A program made the position numbers and the translations under genes. Below are positions 51,511-64,000 of a stretch of DNA of 64,000 nucleotides, piece by piece. Positions within the stretch are counted from its first letter, which is position 1, and each line of letters opens with the position of its first letter. The notes under the pieces were generated by a model. It worked only from the letters and a program-made list of their open reading frames with translations, made no database searches and was not told the DNA's origin. The stretch is from Octopus sinensis (taxonomy: Eukaryota), in the NCBI RefSeq assembly GCF_006345805.1, contig NC_042999.1:99138001-99202000 (forward strand). Reading direction: 5' to 3'.

Positions 51511-53259
51511 TATATGTACACACACAAACACATTTGTGACTGCGTTTGTCCCCTATCACTGCGCTTGACAACTAGTGTTGGTATGTTTATGTCCCCATAA
51601 CTTAGCAGTTCAAGAAAAGAGACCAATAGAATAAGTACTCGCCTTAAAATTAAAAGTACTTGGGTTAATACATTCAACTAAAATTCCTTGGGGTGGTGTC
51701 CCAGCACGGTCACAGTCTAAATAAAAGATAAAAAAATATCAGACTTGAGTGAAACTTTTACTTCTAAACTGAGAGTAATAATGTTCTTACAATGCATCAC
51801 ACAAAGTATTTCTCTTAGTTTAGAAATGGAGGTTAGTACTATGGGTATATCCATGGATAAAATAACTTGATGACAATCCTACAACAAAACAATCAAAATG
51901 TAAGGTTGATATTATTTATAAATATATTTAATTTCTGAAGATTAAAATTAAGCAATGTATAATATTTTTAACAACAGTTCATCTCACACATTTAAATAAT
52001 CTTCATGTGATCATTCTCAATCACATGTACATTCACATGTAACACTTTTACATGTCTTTTTATGCATTTGATACTTTCATATTTCTCTCACACCTAACTT
52101 CCTTTTTACAAGTGTGTCATATATATGAAGATTGCATCACATTTTACCATTGAGAAATTAAAATCTAAATTCATTTAACATCATCAAGATACAAGTAACA
52201 AGCATGTCAAGGAAACATTTCCATAACAACAGTTTTTGTCTGCTCATGAGCAACAATTTCAAATGTTGCCCTAATGAAGAAACTTGTAGTTGTTCAATCT
52301 GTTGGAAATATCGACTGAATCACTTTCAAAATCAAACCTCTTTATTCTGGCCATTATTATCACATGGCACCTACTATGATATTTTCTAAAAGGTTGGGTT
52401 CCCTTTTCAGGACTGGAAATGACTTTGTATCTAAACTGTTGCTGACTATTTACAAGGACTCACTCTAACTACAGCTTGAATATCGAGAATTTATTTTTTT
52501 GGTGTGAGTATGGATAAGTATGAATGCATATGCACACATGTACTTAAGTAAATTCAGGATCACATTTAAAACTGGCCTCATGCCAGAACCACATAAAAAG
52601 CACTCTTGCTTGTGCCATATAAAAGCACCCATGCTAGTGCTACATAAAAAAGCACTCAGCACAGTCTATAAAGTAGTTTGCATTACAAAGGTTATCCAGC
52701 CATAGAAACCATGCCAAAACAGACAAATGGAACTTGGGAAGCTCTCTGGCTGACCAGCTCTTGTCAAATCATCCAACCCATACCTGGATGGAAAACAGAC
52801 ATTAAAAGATGATGATGATTTAAAAAGTAGCTATCTGACTGTCAAGAAAACTTTACTAGCCTGCTACATATGATGATAGCTCAGCAAACTCTCTACTACT
52901 CCACTTGATTCCTTATAAAATCCTCATGATACAACTTACCTGTCCTTCTCTAGTTATCTCTGTTCCATCACTGAGCACCCATTGCTTTCACACATGGCGT
53001 TGAAATTATTGTAATTTCATATTTTCTTAAGAAGATTTTAGTCACTGTTCTTGACAGAAAGTTTGTGAATGAATCAATAAGTAGAAAAATTTAAGGGGAG
53101 GTAATTGGTGATTGTTGTTATTTGGGACAGGAGAGGTAATTTCCCATTTTTGTGGGGAGTGAGGATAAATGAGTATACAAAAACTCAAAAGCTAAAGTTG
53201 TGAGATGAAATATGGTATGTGATCATGAATTAAAATATATACTAAGGCCAAAGTTGGTT

Positions 53260-54125
53260 ATGCATTCATATTTAGGTGTTCTGTATTTTTCGATGAATAA
53301 ATTTTCTTTATTTAAACGTTCTTGTACAAAAATTGTTTCTTTGCACTAGTAGATGGGGAAAATCTGTGAAAACTGTGAAGTTTGGTTGGATATTACCTGC
53401 ACATCTCTGTATGTGATCACTCAACAGAATTTGTTTGTACTGCAGGAACCGGATCTGTTCCTTATGTAGTGTGGTTCTCTATCTCAGTGTCATACTTGTT
53501 TGTCCTATATAGTTATGTTGACATCCTGATCCAGTTATAACATAAATTAGATTTTCGGAAGCACAAATGAAGCCGGTTTTAATTGTGAACCTCTCTCCTT
53601 GTTTGAATAGGAATTCTGAGCCTTCCAGTAGGTTGGGGTATATTTCACAGTTTGGATGTCCACATTTTATAACCGTTGGTTTCATAGTTGTTGTGTAAAG
53701 CTTTGCATTTGTTAGAAGTCTTTTCAGCATCTTGTTCGTTTTGGGGTCCCTAATGAGCATACATAGATTTTGTACAATCGTGTTGTATGCCTCATTGTTT
53801 CTAGGGTTGTGAGTTGATATGTATGGTAGTGTTTTGAGATGAGGCGTGGTGTTACATTTTGTTACCCTTAGTGTTTTAATGTCTGATTTCTGAGCTTAAT
53901 TCTATCGTCTATAAGTAAGAGTGGATATTGTCTTTCAGTTAGTGTTGTTCTGAGGCCTTGAAGATGAAGGTCCTGAGTATTTCTATCAGACACTATTGTG
54001 CAATTCCTTTTTGCTAAATTAAAGGGGATATTTCTTTTGATATGTTTTGGGATGCATGAGTTAAACAGGAGATATTGCTTTGAGTTCGTTGGTTTATAAT
54101 AAATGTCAGTTACAATTTGGTTGTA
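53260..54125 (-). mobile_element. Degenerate Penelope-like element (RT thumb, Cys linker, GIY-YIG), Neptune-like
   Basis: TDIYYKPTNSKQYLLFNSC.PKH.KRNIPFNLA, KCGHPNC, NLIYVIT...HNYIGQT..LR*R; frameshifts and stops. Clade assignment is from memory. Confidence 0.85.
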
Positions 54126-54297
54126 TATATATGAGGGCGTCATATTTAATACAAATGCTAGACTATGGTTATAAATTTTATATTTACTTTGTGTATTTTG
54201 TTTCCATGACTTTAAATCTTTTGACCACCCAGATATGCTAGCATATGCTGTTGGAATGAGATATTCTTATAATGGTAATAGTAGTAGCAGCAGCAGC

Positions 54298-54343
<46 letters not shown>

Positions 54344-56167
54344 TGGGGGAATGCACTATAATGATGCAGCACTGCATCCCTCATTTGTTAGATTCCCTAC
54401 TCCTGGCAGATGACACTTTTTCACCACCCAGGCAATAACCTACCAACCCACAGGTCTATTTTGGGTAGATGTTGCTGGTGAGGGTTTTATGAGGTCAGAG
54501 TGCAAATCCTACCTCCACCACTAAAAGTGGTGGAGGTAGGATTTTCAACATGCAGAGGAAATGTGTCTATTCTTTGATATGCCGGTCTCCACATAGCACT
54601 GTAGCAAAGTGAAATAAAATGTTTTGCCCAATAACATAGCACACTGCATAGTTCAGGAATCAAATCCACAACCTGATGACTGTGAGTGCAACACCTTAAA
54701 CACTAGGCCATGCATCTTCTTATAATTATGTAAATAATCTTGTCTTCTATCTTGCATCTAACAGTTTTCAGAATAGGTAAATGCTAGGATTCTATCATCA
54801 AAAATCAATATCTATAAATTTCAGAAAATGGAATGGGTTCAAACAATGCAGGTTGCAGAGAATTCTTTACATTTTAGGCAGGGTTCGTAATTCCAGAAGA
54901 ATGCTTTTTATGAGTTAATTAGAAGTGGAAGGACAGTACCCTATGAAATTTTTAACCCTTCTATTCTAGAGTAGAAAGAGAGCATGATGTAGTAGATATT
55001 CAGTCTGAACATCTGTTGGTTAACATATCTGACGGTTCTCTACATGTGGTTGCCAGGAAAATTCATTAAATATTAAAAGGTTTAGCATTTGTAGAAAGAT
55101 TGATGATTTCACTTGTGAAGATCTTTGATAAAGAGCTCTGTGCAGAGAATACTTTTCTGTTGACTTTATACATACTTCTTCTTATGTTATATGAACTTAA
55201 GATATTTTGCAAGATTTATATATCATTAAGTTTCTCCCAATTCCCATCAAGAGTAGTGAGTGAGCAAAGTTGTTAGTGCATTGGACAGAATGTTTTGCAA
55301 TGTTTGTTCTGGCTCAACACACAAGTTTCAAATCTTGCCAAGGTCAAACTTTGTCTTTCATCCTTTTGGAGGTCAACAAATTTAATACCAAACTAGTGCC
55401 AGTGTTGATCTGTATCTCTCCCTAAATATCTATTTACTTGTGTCTCTCTTTTCTCTCTCCCTCTATCTATATTTTATGTCTATATATATATTTATATATC
55501 TGTCTATCTGCCTGTCTGTCTGTCTGTCTATCTATCTATACATGCACACACACACACACACACATCCAAATTTAGAGAATGCAGTTGATAAAATCCAGGC
55601 TACATGTGTTTCGTTGATAGTAGAATCTTGCAAGTAGTAATTACTCAAATGAGGGGTAATTTGCTTGCTACTCATAAGACCATGATCAATATGACCTTCA
55701 TTTGACTGAAGTATCTTTGGCCTGATGTGTAGCTAGTGGATTACCCCACATTTGGTTAATTACTACTTCTAAGGTTCTGCTAGCTATGAAATATATGTAA
55801 CCTAGATTTTTTTCTACTCTATTCCCTAACTTTGGATTTCTGTTATCAAACTTTGATATGGAAAAAACTTACAACCTTCTATGTCAATAAACAACTATTG
55901 TTCCTGAAAGTTGGATCTTACATTTACATCCTTGGATGTTTCATTTACATATTACTATATATATACACATACACACACACATATATACATACACACACAC
56001 ACACATACATACACACACACAGACATATATATAGTTCACATATGCGATGCAGGTATTCTCCATTTAGAAGACATTTAGTAGTGCTCAAAAGATTCAATCT
56101 TAGACAGGGGATCATTCTACAAGATAAAGAAAGGCTATAGGAGGGATCAGGTTGAACAAGTATTGAA

Positions 56168-56566
56168 GCATTTATGCAGATAAACAAGTTAGACACCTCA
56201 AATATATTAAACATATTAAATACATCAAATACAAATATATGCAAAACAAGAAAATGCAAAAGCTGGAAATTTTCACATGATAAATTTGTGTCTATAAATA
56301 TATAGATATTTTTATTAGTAGGTGTAACTTACACAGAATACAAATGACAGAGAAAATTAAAGGGGTGAATTGCAGAGCCCACAGAAACAGCCGTTAGACT
56401 TATAATACTTTTCTTCCACCCCTTTAATTTTCTCTGTCATTTGTACTGTGTGTAAGTTGGGCCTACTAATATAAATATCTATTTATTTATACTTAAAGAT
56501 TCATCATCTGAAATTTTCCACCTTTTACTTCTCTTGTTTTGTGCATGCATATATATATATATATAT

Positions 56567-56622
<56 letters not shown>

Positions 56623-56693
56623 CTGTGTATTTCATGTATTTGATATATTTAATATATTTGATGTGTATAACTTGTTCATCTGTATAATTGCAT
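56168..56693. repeat. Old diverged inverted repeat, ~200-bp arms, ~50-nt spacer, (TA)n expansion in the right arm
   Basis: caaatgacagagaaaattaaaggggtg pairs with cacccctttaattttctctgtcatttg; outer arms still recognisable. Confidence 0.8.
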
Positions 56694-58479
56694 CTTTATA
56701 TATAGAACTGTAATCCGCCATGGAAATGATTGGGTTTCATCCCAAAGCATACCATATACTATGATGGGACCCCTGCAGCTTTGCTGAGAATTAAGGGTTC
56801 AAGAAAAGAAAGAATTTCCATTAACAATAGAACAAACAATTATTGTTTGTAACAATAGCTTCAATGAATTAAGTCATGAGCTAGTTTATAGTTAAACTGA
56901 TTAATTATATAATTGGTATATATATATATAGATTTTTATTTACCTAATTAATTTTTTAAAGTTTAGTTCCACTCCTAATTACATAATCTGTAGTATGGTA
57001 TTGTATGCTTCATAAAATCTTTATCACAGCCTTAGCATGCTGGACTAGGGAATGGGGAATGCCAAGTTTCAAGTTCTGGATGGATGTTTCTTGTGTATTT
57101 CTGAATTTGATGACAGAAATATCAGTAATGTAATGTGATGTGATGTGATATATGTACTTAGATTTATAAGAAATAAGACTAGTGCTATGAGTCACTGTTT
57201 GTGTCTATTTAGTTGTGTGCTTTTGTTTCATTTACTAATTAATTAACTTTAGAGATAGCCAATGATTATTCACTTTGCATGAAGATTATATGACACTCAT
57301 CAATAATGCTTTGAATATATGTATGTATATATATATGTATATATATATATATACATATATAAAGTTCCTGTACATACTTGCATGCATAATACTGCTGTTT
57401 AAAATAGGTGTTCATGTAAACATATTTGCATATAAATGGCTCTGTATCAGTCTGTTGATGTCTGTGTTATTGTCAGTTAATTATAAATAAAATCAGTTAA
57501 TACAGTAATTTATGTACTTTTCCTATGGCAAAGTCTCCATAAGAAAGAAAAAAAAACTAGATCAACTTCATGGAAGTAATTATACATTATACATCTAAAT
57601 GAATTCACATTTTCCTGCAGATTGAAAAATATAGTTTAACTATTTCTTTTAGAAATGAAAAAAAAAAATATTAAAAAAAAAATGTTTTGGTGCTGATTTT
57701 AAAATTACTGTAAAAATTTACAATCACATATACTTTATATCAAATAAGAGAATAAAGCAGGAAATTGAATCTATCTTTTTATTATGGCATCATAAGTTAT
57801 AGTAATAAAAATTCTTATATAAAAATGATGATATTAATCCCTTATCCTAATACACTCTCAAATATACACTGAAAATTATTCAAATGTATAAAATACCAAA
57901 AGAAAATCAGAGGACAAATTATGTTTAGTACCTGATTGAAATTGGTTAACCATTATGTTATCTCATTCAACATAGCATTTCTTCAATATGTATATTTATA
58001 TTAAGTAACGAATTGAAGAAGAAGTACCTAGTACAAACATAGTGTAATACTTCATTTACAATGATCCGGTGGTCTTCTTTGCTGGAGATCTACTTCTTCA
58101 GACAAGTGAAACTAGAGGAAAAGATGATCATCTGTGTATCATATTTAATGTCATATACACTGTTGACAAGCATGTTATTGCAGGTGTCATATTAGATAAA
58201 ATCTCTTATAGACATGCAGTGTTTAAAAAATTCAATATATATCAGAGGGTAACAATAGATCATCCCAGAGGTGAATAATGAGAATTCCAGATGCATGTTG
58301 GATTTTGTCAATGACATGCTTTCACAACCAGCCTCATGCGTAGATGAGATTTGTCACCTCCAATATAGGAAACTGTGAATAATACATTAACCAAGCTAAA
58401 TGATAATCCATTTTATGCAGCCATATATGTATCATATTTAATGTATATACACCTTGAAGGCAAGTTACTGTGGTTTTCA

Positions 58480-59185
58480 TTCGAGAAGAATCCCTTATTC
58501 ATCTACTATTTGTAAAAACACAATATATATTGGAGAGAGAATCTTTGGGACAATGGAATGACAATGGTTTGGGAATTGGTATAGCTCTCAAAACCAAAGT
58601 TTGCTGGTAACTTTGCAAGTATTTTCTATGTATAGGTCACTGCATATCTTTCCTGTCTTCCCTCCAGGGGATAATGTTTTAATACCTTTATCGTTTCCAA
58701 GTAGCTTAGTTGTTGAATAGGCAATCTTTGTGAAGCATCATTGGATTGCTTCAAGACCTGCTGTTAGTTTCATACTATTTGGTGACCATAGTTCTGAGTA
58801 GTAGATCTGGTGACTGAGGACGAATGTTATCCACAAAAGCAACATGATCTCCTGCTCTCTCAAACTAGATGATCTCAGTATTTATCCTTCCATCTTTGTT
58901 GAACATCATAGCAGTACATCGTTGTACATGAAAAGATGCCTCTATACACAGATTTATCCCCAGGTCACAAACTAACAAGGATTTTGAAATTTCTGTCCCT
59001 CCACATCATTTCTATCCTGCTTGTGAAAGATTTTCAGGCTGATAGCAAAGAAATCAGAATTTTCCAGTATTAAATTGCATGTTGTTTTCTTCAGCTGACT
59101 TGTATATTGCATTAAAGTCTAACTGTAAGTTTGCAGCATTACCAGGATTCTATCCAAGATATTTTTTCATCATCAACATAACTAG
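58480..59185 (-). mobile_element. Highly degenerate CR1/L2-type LINE RT C-terminal fragment
   Basis: Minus-strand pieces YVDD, LQLDFNAIYKSAEENNMQFN, DLGI and LWSP...LEAIQ in shifting frames. Confidence 0.6.
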
Positions 59186-59734
59186 TAAAAGCAGCTGTTT
59201 ATATGCCTGAGAGCATGCCTGATAGAGTCACCTCAAACAGTTTATATATTAACATGGGTAAATATGTATGCATGTATATGGACATAGAAAAGAAAATGCA
59301 TCTAAGTGGTAGAATCATCAGAGCATTGGACAGGTTGCCTTGTGGTATTGATTCTGATTCTCTCTGCTCTGCATTCAATTACTGTTGAGGTTGACTTTGC
59401 CTTTATTCTTTCAGGGTTAAAAAAAATGTATCCAGCTGAGATGGTGGAGTGGCATAATAATTAGAGCATCAGATGAAAAGTCTTGTGTTAGTTGTTCTGG
59501 TTCTTTGCTCTTCAACACTTTGGTGAATTTTAATTCAAAATTCTATCCAGATATCAAAGACCAAAGCAAATCACTCAATTATCAGATCCCTCCACTGGCT
59601 ACAATTGGTTAGTGTGAGTAGATAGCTCTCTGATTATTATAGATGAACCAGCAACAATCTGCTGTAACTTTCACATAGAAATGGATAGATAACAACTCAA
59701 AGTAGAAAACACACACACACACTGACTAGTATGT

Positions 59735-62700
59735 ATCATCATCATCATCATCATCATTTAGCGTCCGTTTTCCATGCTAGCATGGGTTGGACGGTTCTAC
59801 TGGGGTCTGTGAAGCCAGAAGGCTTCATCAGGCCCAGTCAAATCTGGCAGTGTTTCTACGGCTGGATGCCCTTCCTAACGCCAACCACTCCGTGAGTGTA
59901 GTGGGTGCTTTTTACGTGCCACCCACACTGGTGCCAGACAGAGCTGGCAAACGGCCACGAACGGATGGTGCTTTTTATGTGCCACCGGCACGAGGGCCAG
60001 GCGAGGCTGGCAACGGACACGAAACGGGGCGGTGCTGGCAACGGTCGCGAAACGGAAAGTTCTCTTACATGCCACCGGCACTGGTAACACATCTGCAATT
60101 TCATTGATCGATTTCCATTGATCGATTTCGATTCTGATCCTCACTTGCCTCAATGGGTCTTCACAAGCAGAGTTTCGACATGCCACCGGCACTGGTAGCA
60201 CATCCGCAATTTCCATTGATCGATTTCGATTCTGATCCTCACTTGCCTCAACACGTCTTCACAAGTAGAGTTTTGTGTCCCAAGAAGGGAAGGTATGCGT
60301 ACGTAGGCTGGCTCCATCCCATGTAGAAGGCCACGGGTTGTGGACTCACTTGTCCTGCCGGGTCTTCTCGCGCACAGCACATTCCAGAGGTCTCGGTCTC
60401 TAGTCATTTCCTCAGTGAGACCTAAAGTTCGAAGGTCGTGCTTCACCACCTCGTCCCAGGTTTTCCTGGGTCTGCCTCTTCCACAGGTTCCCTCAACCGC
60501 TAGGGTGTGGCACTTTTTCACACAACTATCTTCATCCATTCTCGCCACATGACCATACCAGCGCAAACGTCTCTCTTGCACACCACAACTGATGCTTCTT
60601 AGGTCCAGCTTTTCTCTCAAGGTACTTACACTCGTGCCGAGTGTGAGTACCGGCATTACACATCCATCGGAGCATACTGGCTTCATTTCTAGCGAGCTTA
60701 CGCATATCCTCAGCAGTCACGGCCCATGTTTCACTGCCATGTAGCATGGCTGTTCGTACACACGCATCATACAGTCTGCCTTTCACTCTGTGCGAGAGGC
60801 CTTTTGTCACCAGCAGAGGTAAGAGCTCTCTGAACTTTGCCCAAGCTATTCTTACTCTAGCAGTTACACTTTCAGCACACCCGCTGCTGACTTGGTCACC
60901 TAGGTAACGGAAACTATCAACTATTTCTAGTTTTTCTCCCTGGAAAGTGACGGAAGTTGGTCTCAGAGCATTTTCAGTGTTTATTGTTCCTGAGCATCTG
61001 CCACATACAAAAACCATCTTCCTAGTTAGCCTTCCTTTGACATTGCTGCATCTCTTATGTGTCCATAGCTTACACTTGGTGCATCTTATAGAGTTTCTAC
61101 CTACACCTTTTCTACAGATCGAGCAGGGCCATCTACCTGAAGGTGTTTGTGATTTGTCTACCTTCTACTGATTACGACTTTGGTTTTAGCTAGATTGACT
61201 CTGAGGCCCTTCGATTCTAATCCTTGTTTCCACACCTGAAACTTCTCCTCCAGTTCTGATAGCGACTCAGCAATTAGAGCAAGGTCATCAGCATAGAGGA
61301 GCTCCCAAGGGCATCCTGTCTTGAATTCCTCCGTTATTGCCTGGAGGACTATGATAAATAGGAGGGGGCTGAGTACTGAGCCTTGGTGGAACCCTACCTC
61401 TACCCGGAATTCTTCACTGTACTCATTTCCAACCCTCACCCTACTAGCGGCGTCCCTATACATGGCCCGCACAGCTCTCACTAACCATTCATCTATCCCT
61501 AGTTTTCTCATTGCCCACCAGATAAGGGATCGGGGGACCCTGTCGAAGGCTTTCTCCATGTCAACAAAAGCCAGGTACAGGGGCTTATCTTTGGCTAGGT
61601 ATTTCTCCTGCAGCTGCCTTACCAGGAATATAGCATCAGTAGTACTTTTCCCTGGCACAAACCCAAACTGCATCTCATCTAAACTAACTCTCTCTCTAAT
61701 TAGTTGGGCTATGACCCTCTCCGTAACCTTCATCACCTGGTCCAACAGCTTGATACCTCTGTAGTTATTTGTATCTAGGGCATCACCTTTACCTTTGTAG
61801 CAGTTGACTATTATACTGCTACACCAGTCATGGGTATGACCCCTTTGTGTATCACCTGATTAACTATATGGGTGACTAGGCTATAGCCGACACTACCAGA
61901 CATTTTGAGCATTTCTGCAGTGATTCCTGATGGGCCTGTCTTCATGCTTCTAATTGCCTTAGCTACCACAGAACTATCAACTCGGATAGCTGGTCCCTCT
62001 GTTGGGTCAACATTCGGCAGACTCTCTTTATCCCATTCATTTTCTTCATTCAGCAACCTTTCATAGTGGCATCTCCAAACCTCTCTCTTTGCATCCTCAT
62101 TTAGCGCAAGTGAACCATCTTCCATGCGAACACACTTCTCTCCTACCACATCACGATTCTCTCTCAAACACTGTCTTGCAACACGAAACGCCTCCAGTCT
62201 TTGGTCCTCACGGCGCAGAACATTGGCAAATTTTTTCTTATCTGCTTCCCCTCTGGCTAAATAAACCTGTCTCCTAGCTTCTCTTTTGGCAGTCTGATAC
62301 AATTCCCTGCTACCCCCATTTTTCCAGACCTTCCAAGCCTGTCTCTTTTCTAATAGCCCTGTCTACAATATTGTTCCACCACCACGTTATTCTAGGTCGA
62401 GAGGGGACTTTGCACCAGCCACAGATCTGGTCAGTGGCTCTCAGCAGGTTGTCCCTTAGAAACGTCCAGCTGTCTTCTACCCCCTGTGATCCTCTATCCC
62501 CTTCTACTTCGTCAGGGCTTCAAGTAATATGTCCCTAAATCTCTGTCCATTTGCAGGATCTTTAAGCTTCCAGATCCTTCTTCTCCATATTGTCGTCTTC
62601 TGGTTGTCCTCCTAGCCCTGATCCTAAAGTCACTAACTACCAGTCTATGTTGTGGGGTACATTCTTCACCTGGGAAGGTTTTGGCATTTATAAGCAGCCA

Positions 62701-63163
62701 TCTCTCCCTTTGCCTTGTAAGGATGTAGTCAATTTGGCTGGTATGTTGGCCCGATTGGTAAGTGACTAGGTGGCTGGTAGGTTTCCTGAAGTTAGTGTTG
62801 CAAATCATAAGATTATTTGCATCGCAGAACTCCAGCAGCCTGGTTCCCTCCTCGTTGCGGGAGCCATAGCCATAGCCTCCATGTACGCCATGGAAGCCCC
62901 CAGCATGTCGTCCAACGTGACCATGAAGTCACCAGCACAAAGATAAGGTCTCTGTCGTTCGTCAATGAGGTAGTCTGCAGTAGAGTGTCATAGAATCGGT
63001 CTTTCTGTCCATCGGGTAGCCCCGACTGAGGAGCATAGGCTGATATAATGGTTGCTAAACTATGATGAAGCACTAATCTAATCTTAAGTATTCTGTCACT
63101 TACTCTGATTACCTCAATTACTTTATCTACCCATTTCTCAGCGATAAGTATACCCATGCCACC
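59735..63163 (-). mobile_element. RTE-clade LINE, 5'-truncated within the APE endonuclease, several frameshifts
   Basis: IISAYAPQ and SQIDYIL (APE); QFGFVPGKSTTDAIF, FVDMEKAFDRV, HQGSVLSPLLF, LLYADDL (RT); RRLRWYGHV; 3' UTR with tandem units and (gat)n tail; CpG-rich. Confidence 0.96.
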
Positions 63164-63598
63164 AAATATATATTTAAGGAAGGACTGATGCACTGCTTTA
63201 ATTCAGCTTGTACTTTGATAATATAGAATATATTAGTGTACAACATTATACAATCAAGAGTGAATCTGCTGCCTGCTTTTGATTACCACTCAAAGCTATT
63301 ATTTTCATGTCAAATTCCTTTGAGAAATGTTTACATTTCATAACACCTAACTTCACATCTTTTCCATCCAACAGATCATAGATTTCATGCCTGTTAAACA
63401 ATATAAAGTAAAAGAAAATTATTTCCTAGAAATATACATACATACATATATCTATATATGTATGTATATCTATATGTATATATCTATGTATAGACCGGAG
63501 TAAACACATAAATGTGAAACAAGGTGGAAAAAAGAGTACTCAAATACCAGTGGTAGAGTAATATGCTTTATTTTAAGCAGCAGAAAATTCAACAAAAT

Positions 63599-63636
63599 CT
63601 GTTACTCTGAGTTTCTCGTTGCCGTTCATCAGACAG
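63599..63636 (-). ncRNA. Minimal hammerhead ribozyme motif with intact core (family C) inside terminal repeat 63490-63645
   Basis: Minus strand CUGU-CUGAUGA-ACG-GCAA-CGA-GAAA-CUCAGAG-UA^ACAG; near-palindromic stem III ACUC-A-GAGU, GUA site. Confidence 0.75.
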
Positions 63637-64000
63637 TTTTTGCTAGAATGGAACAATATATATTAATTCAATCTATACTCTTACAAACGCTACACCTTTA
63701 AAAAGAAATGGACTTGTTTGATTGGCCCTTTAGAAAAAACGGTCAATCTTCGAGCGATAAACAAAAAGGTCAAAAATATATGTATATATATATAAAAACT
63801 TATAAAAATTATAAAATCCGAGGAAAAAAACCGAGGAAAAAACCTATTGCCGTTATTGAAGACAGTACAAATTAATGCATAGAAATTAAACCTGTTATAA
63901 ATACTGCAATACATATTTATATTAAAATCCACATATATATATCAACATACACAAAAGGATGCGCGTAAACGCCATACATACATATACAGACGTATGAATA

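Noticed and set aside
54235-54438. Poly-Ser ORF; likewise poly-Met and poly-Ile ORFs at 47066-47347
   Set aside because: Derived from (AGT)n and (GAT)n trinucleotide microsatellites.
59735-63163. Active, intact RTE
   Set aside because: 5'-truncated inside the endonuclease and split by several frameshifts, unless these are sequencing errors.

Overview
AT-rich, microsatellite- and retroelement-dense animal genomic DNA. The repeat families look like those of octopus-type cephalopods (inference from recalled families, not searched). The only host gene recognised is the 3' end of an R7-family regulator of G-protein signalling (RGS7/RGS6-like, + strand). It has two clear RGS-domain exons (1475-1589, 4972-5064) plus unproven candidate C-terminal exons at 22.1 kb and 27.0 kb, including a possible 6-nt microexon. 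The rest is transposon-derived: a young but frameshifted RTE LINE (59.7-63.2 kb) with many 3'-end derivatives, two degenerate Penelope-like elements (PLEs), an R4/Dong-type and a CR1-like LINE fragment, tRNA-derived SINEs and piggyBac-like MITEs. Most ORFs in the track are microsatellite artefacts. The main unexplained structure is a set of ten large palindromes (about 0.1-0.5 kb). Five of them (three sequence families) carry a minimal PLE-type hammerhead ribozyme motif in each arm, reading outward, and two more hammerhead families occur as single copies. The most striking family (38.4-38.9 kb, 45.7-46.2 kb) joins a tRNA-like Pol III head, an (AAT)n spacer and a hammerhead-bearing PLE-like end, arranged head-to-head with a different central junction at each locus. 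All folds and alignments were done by eye; no ribozyme activity, expression or novelty has been verified.
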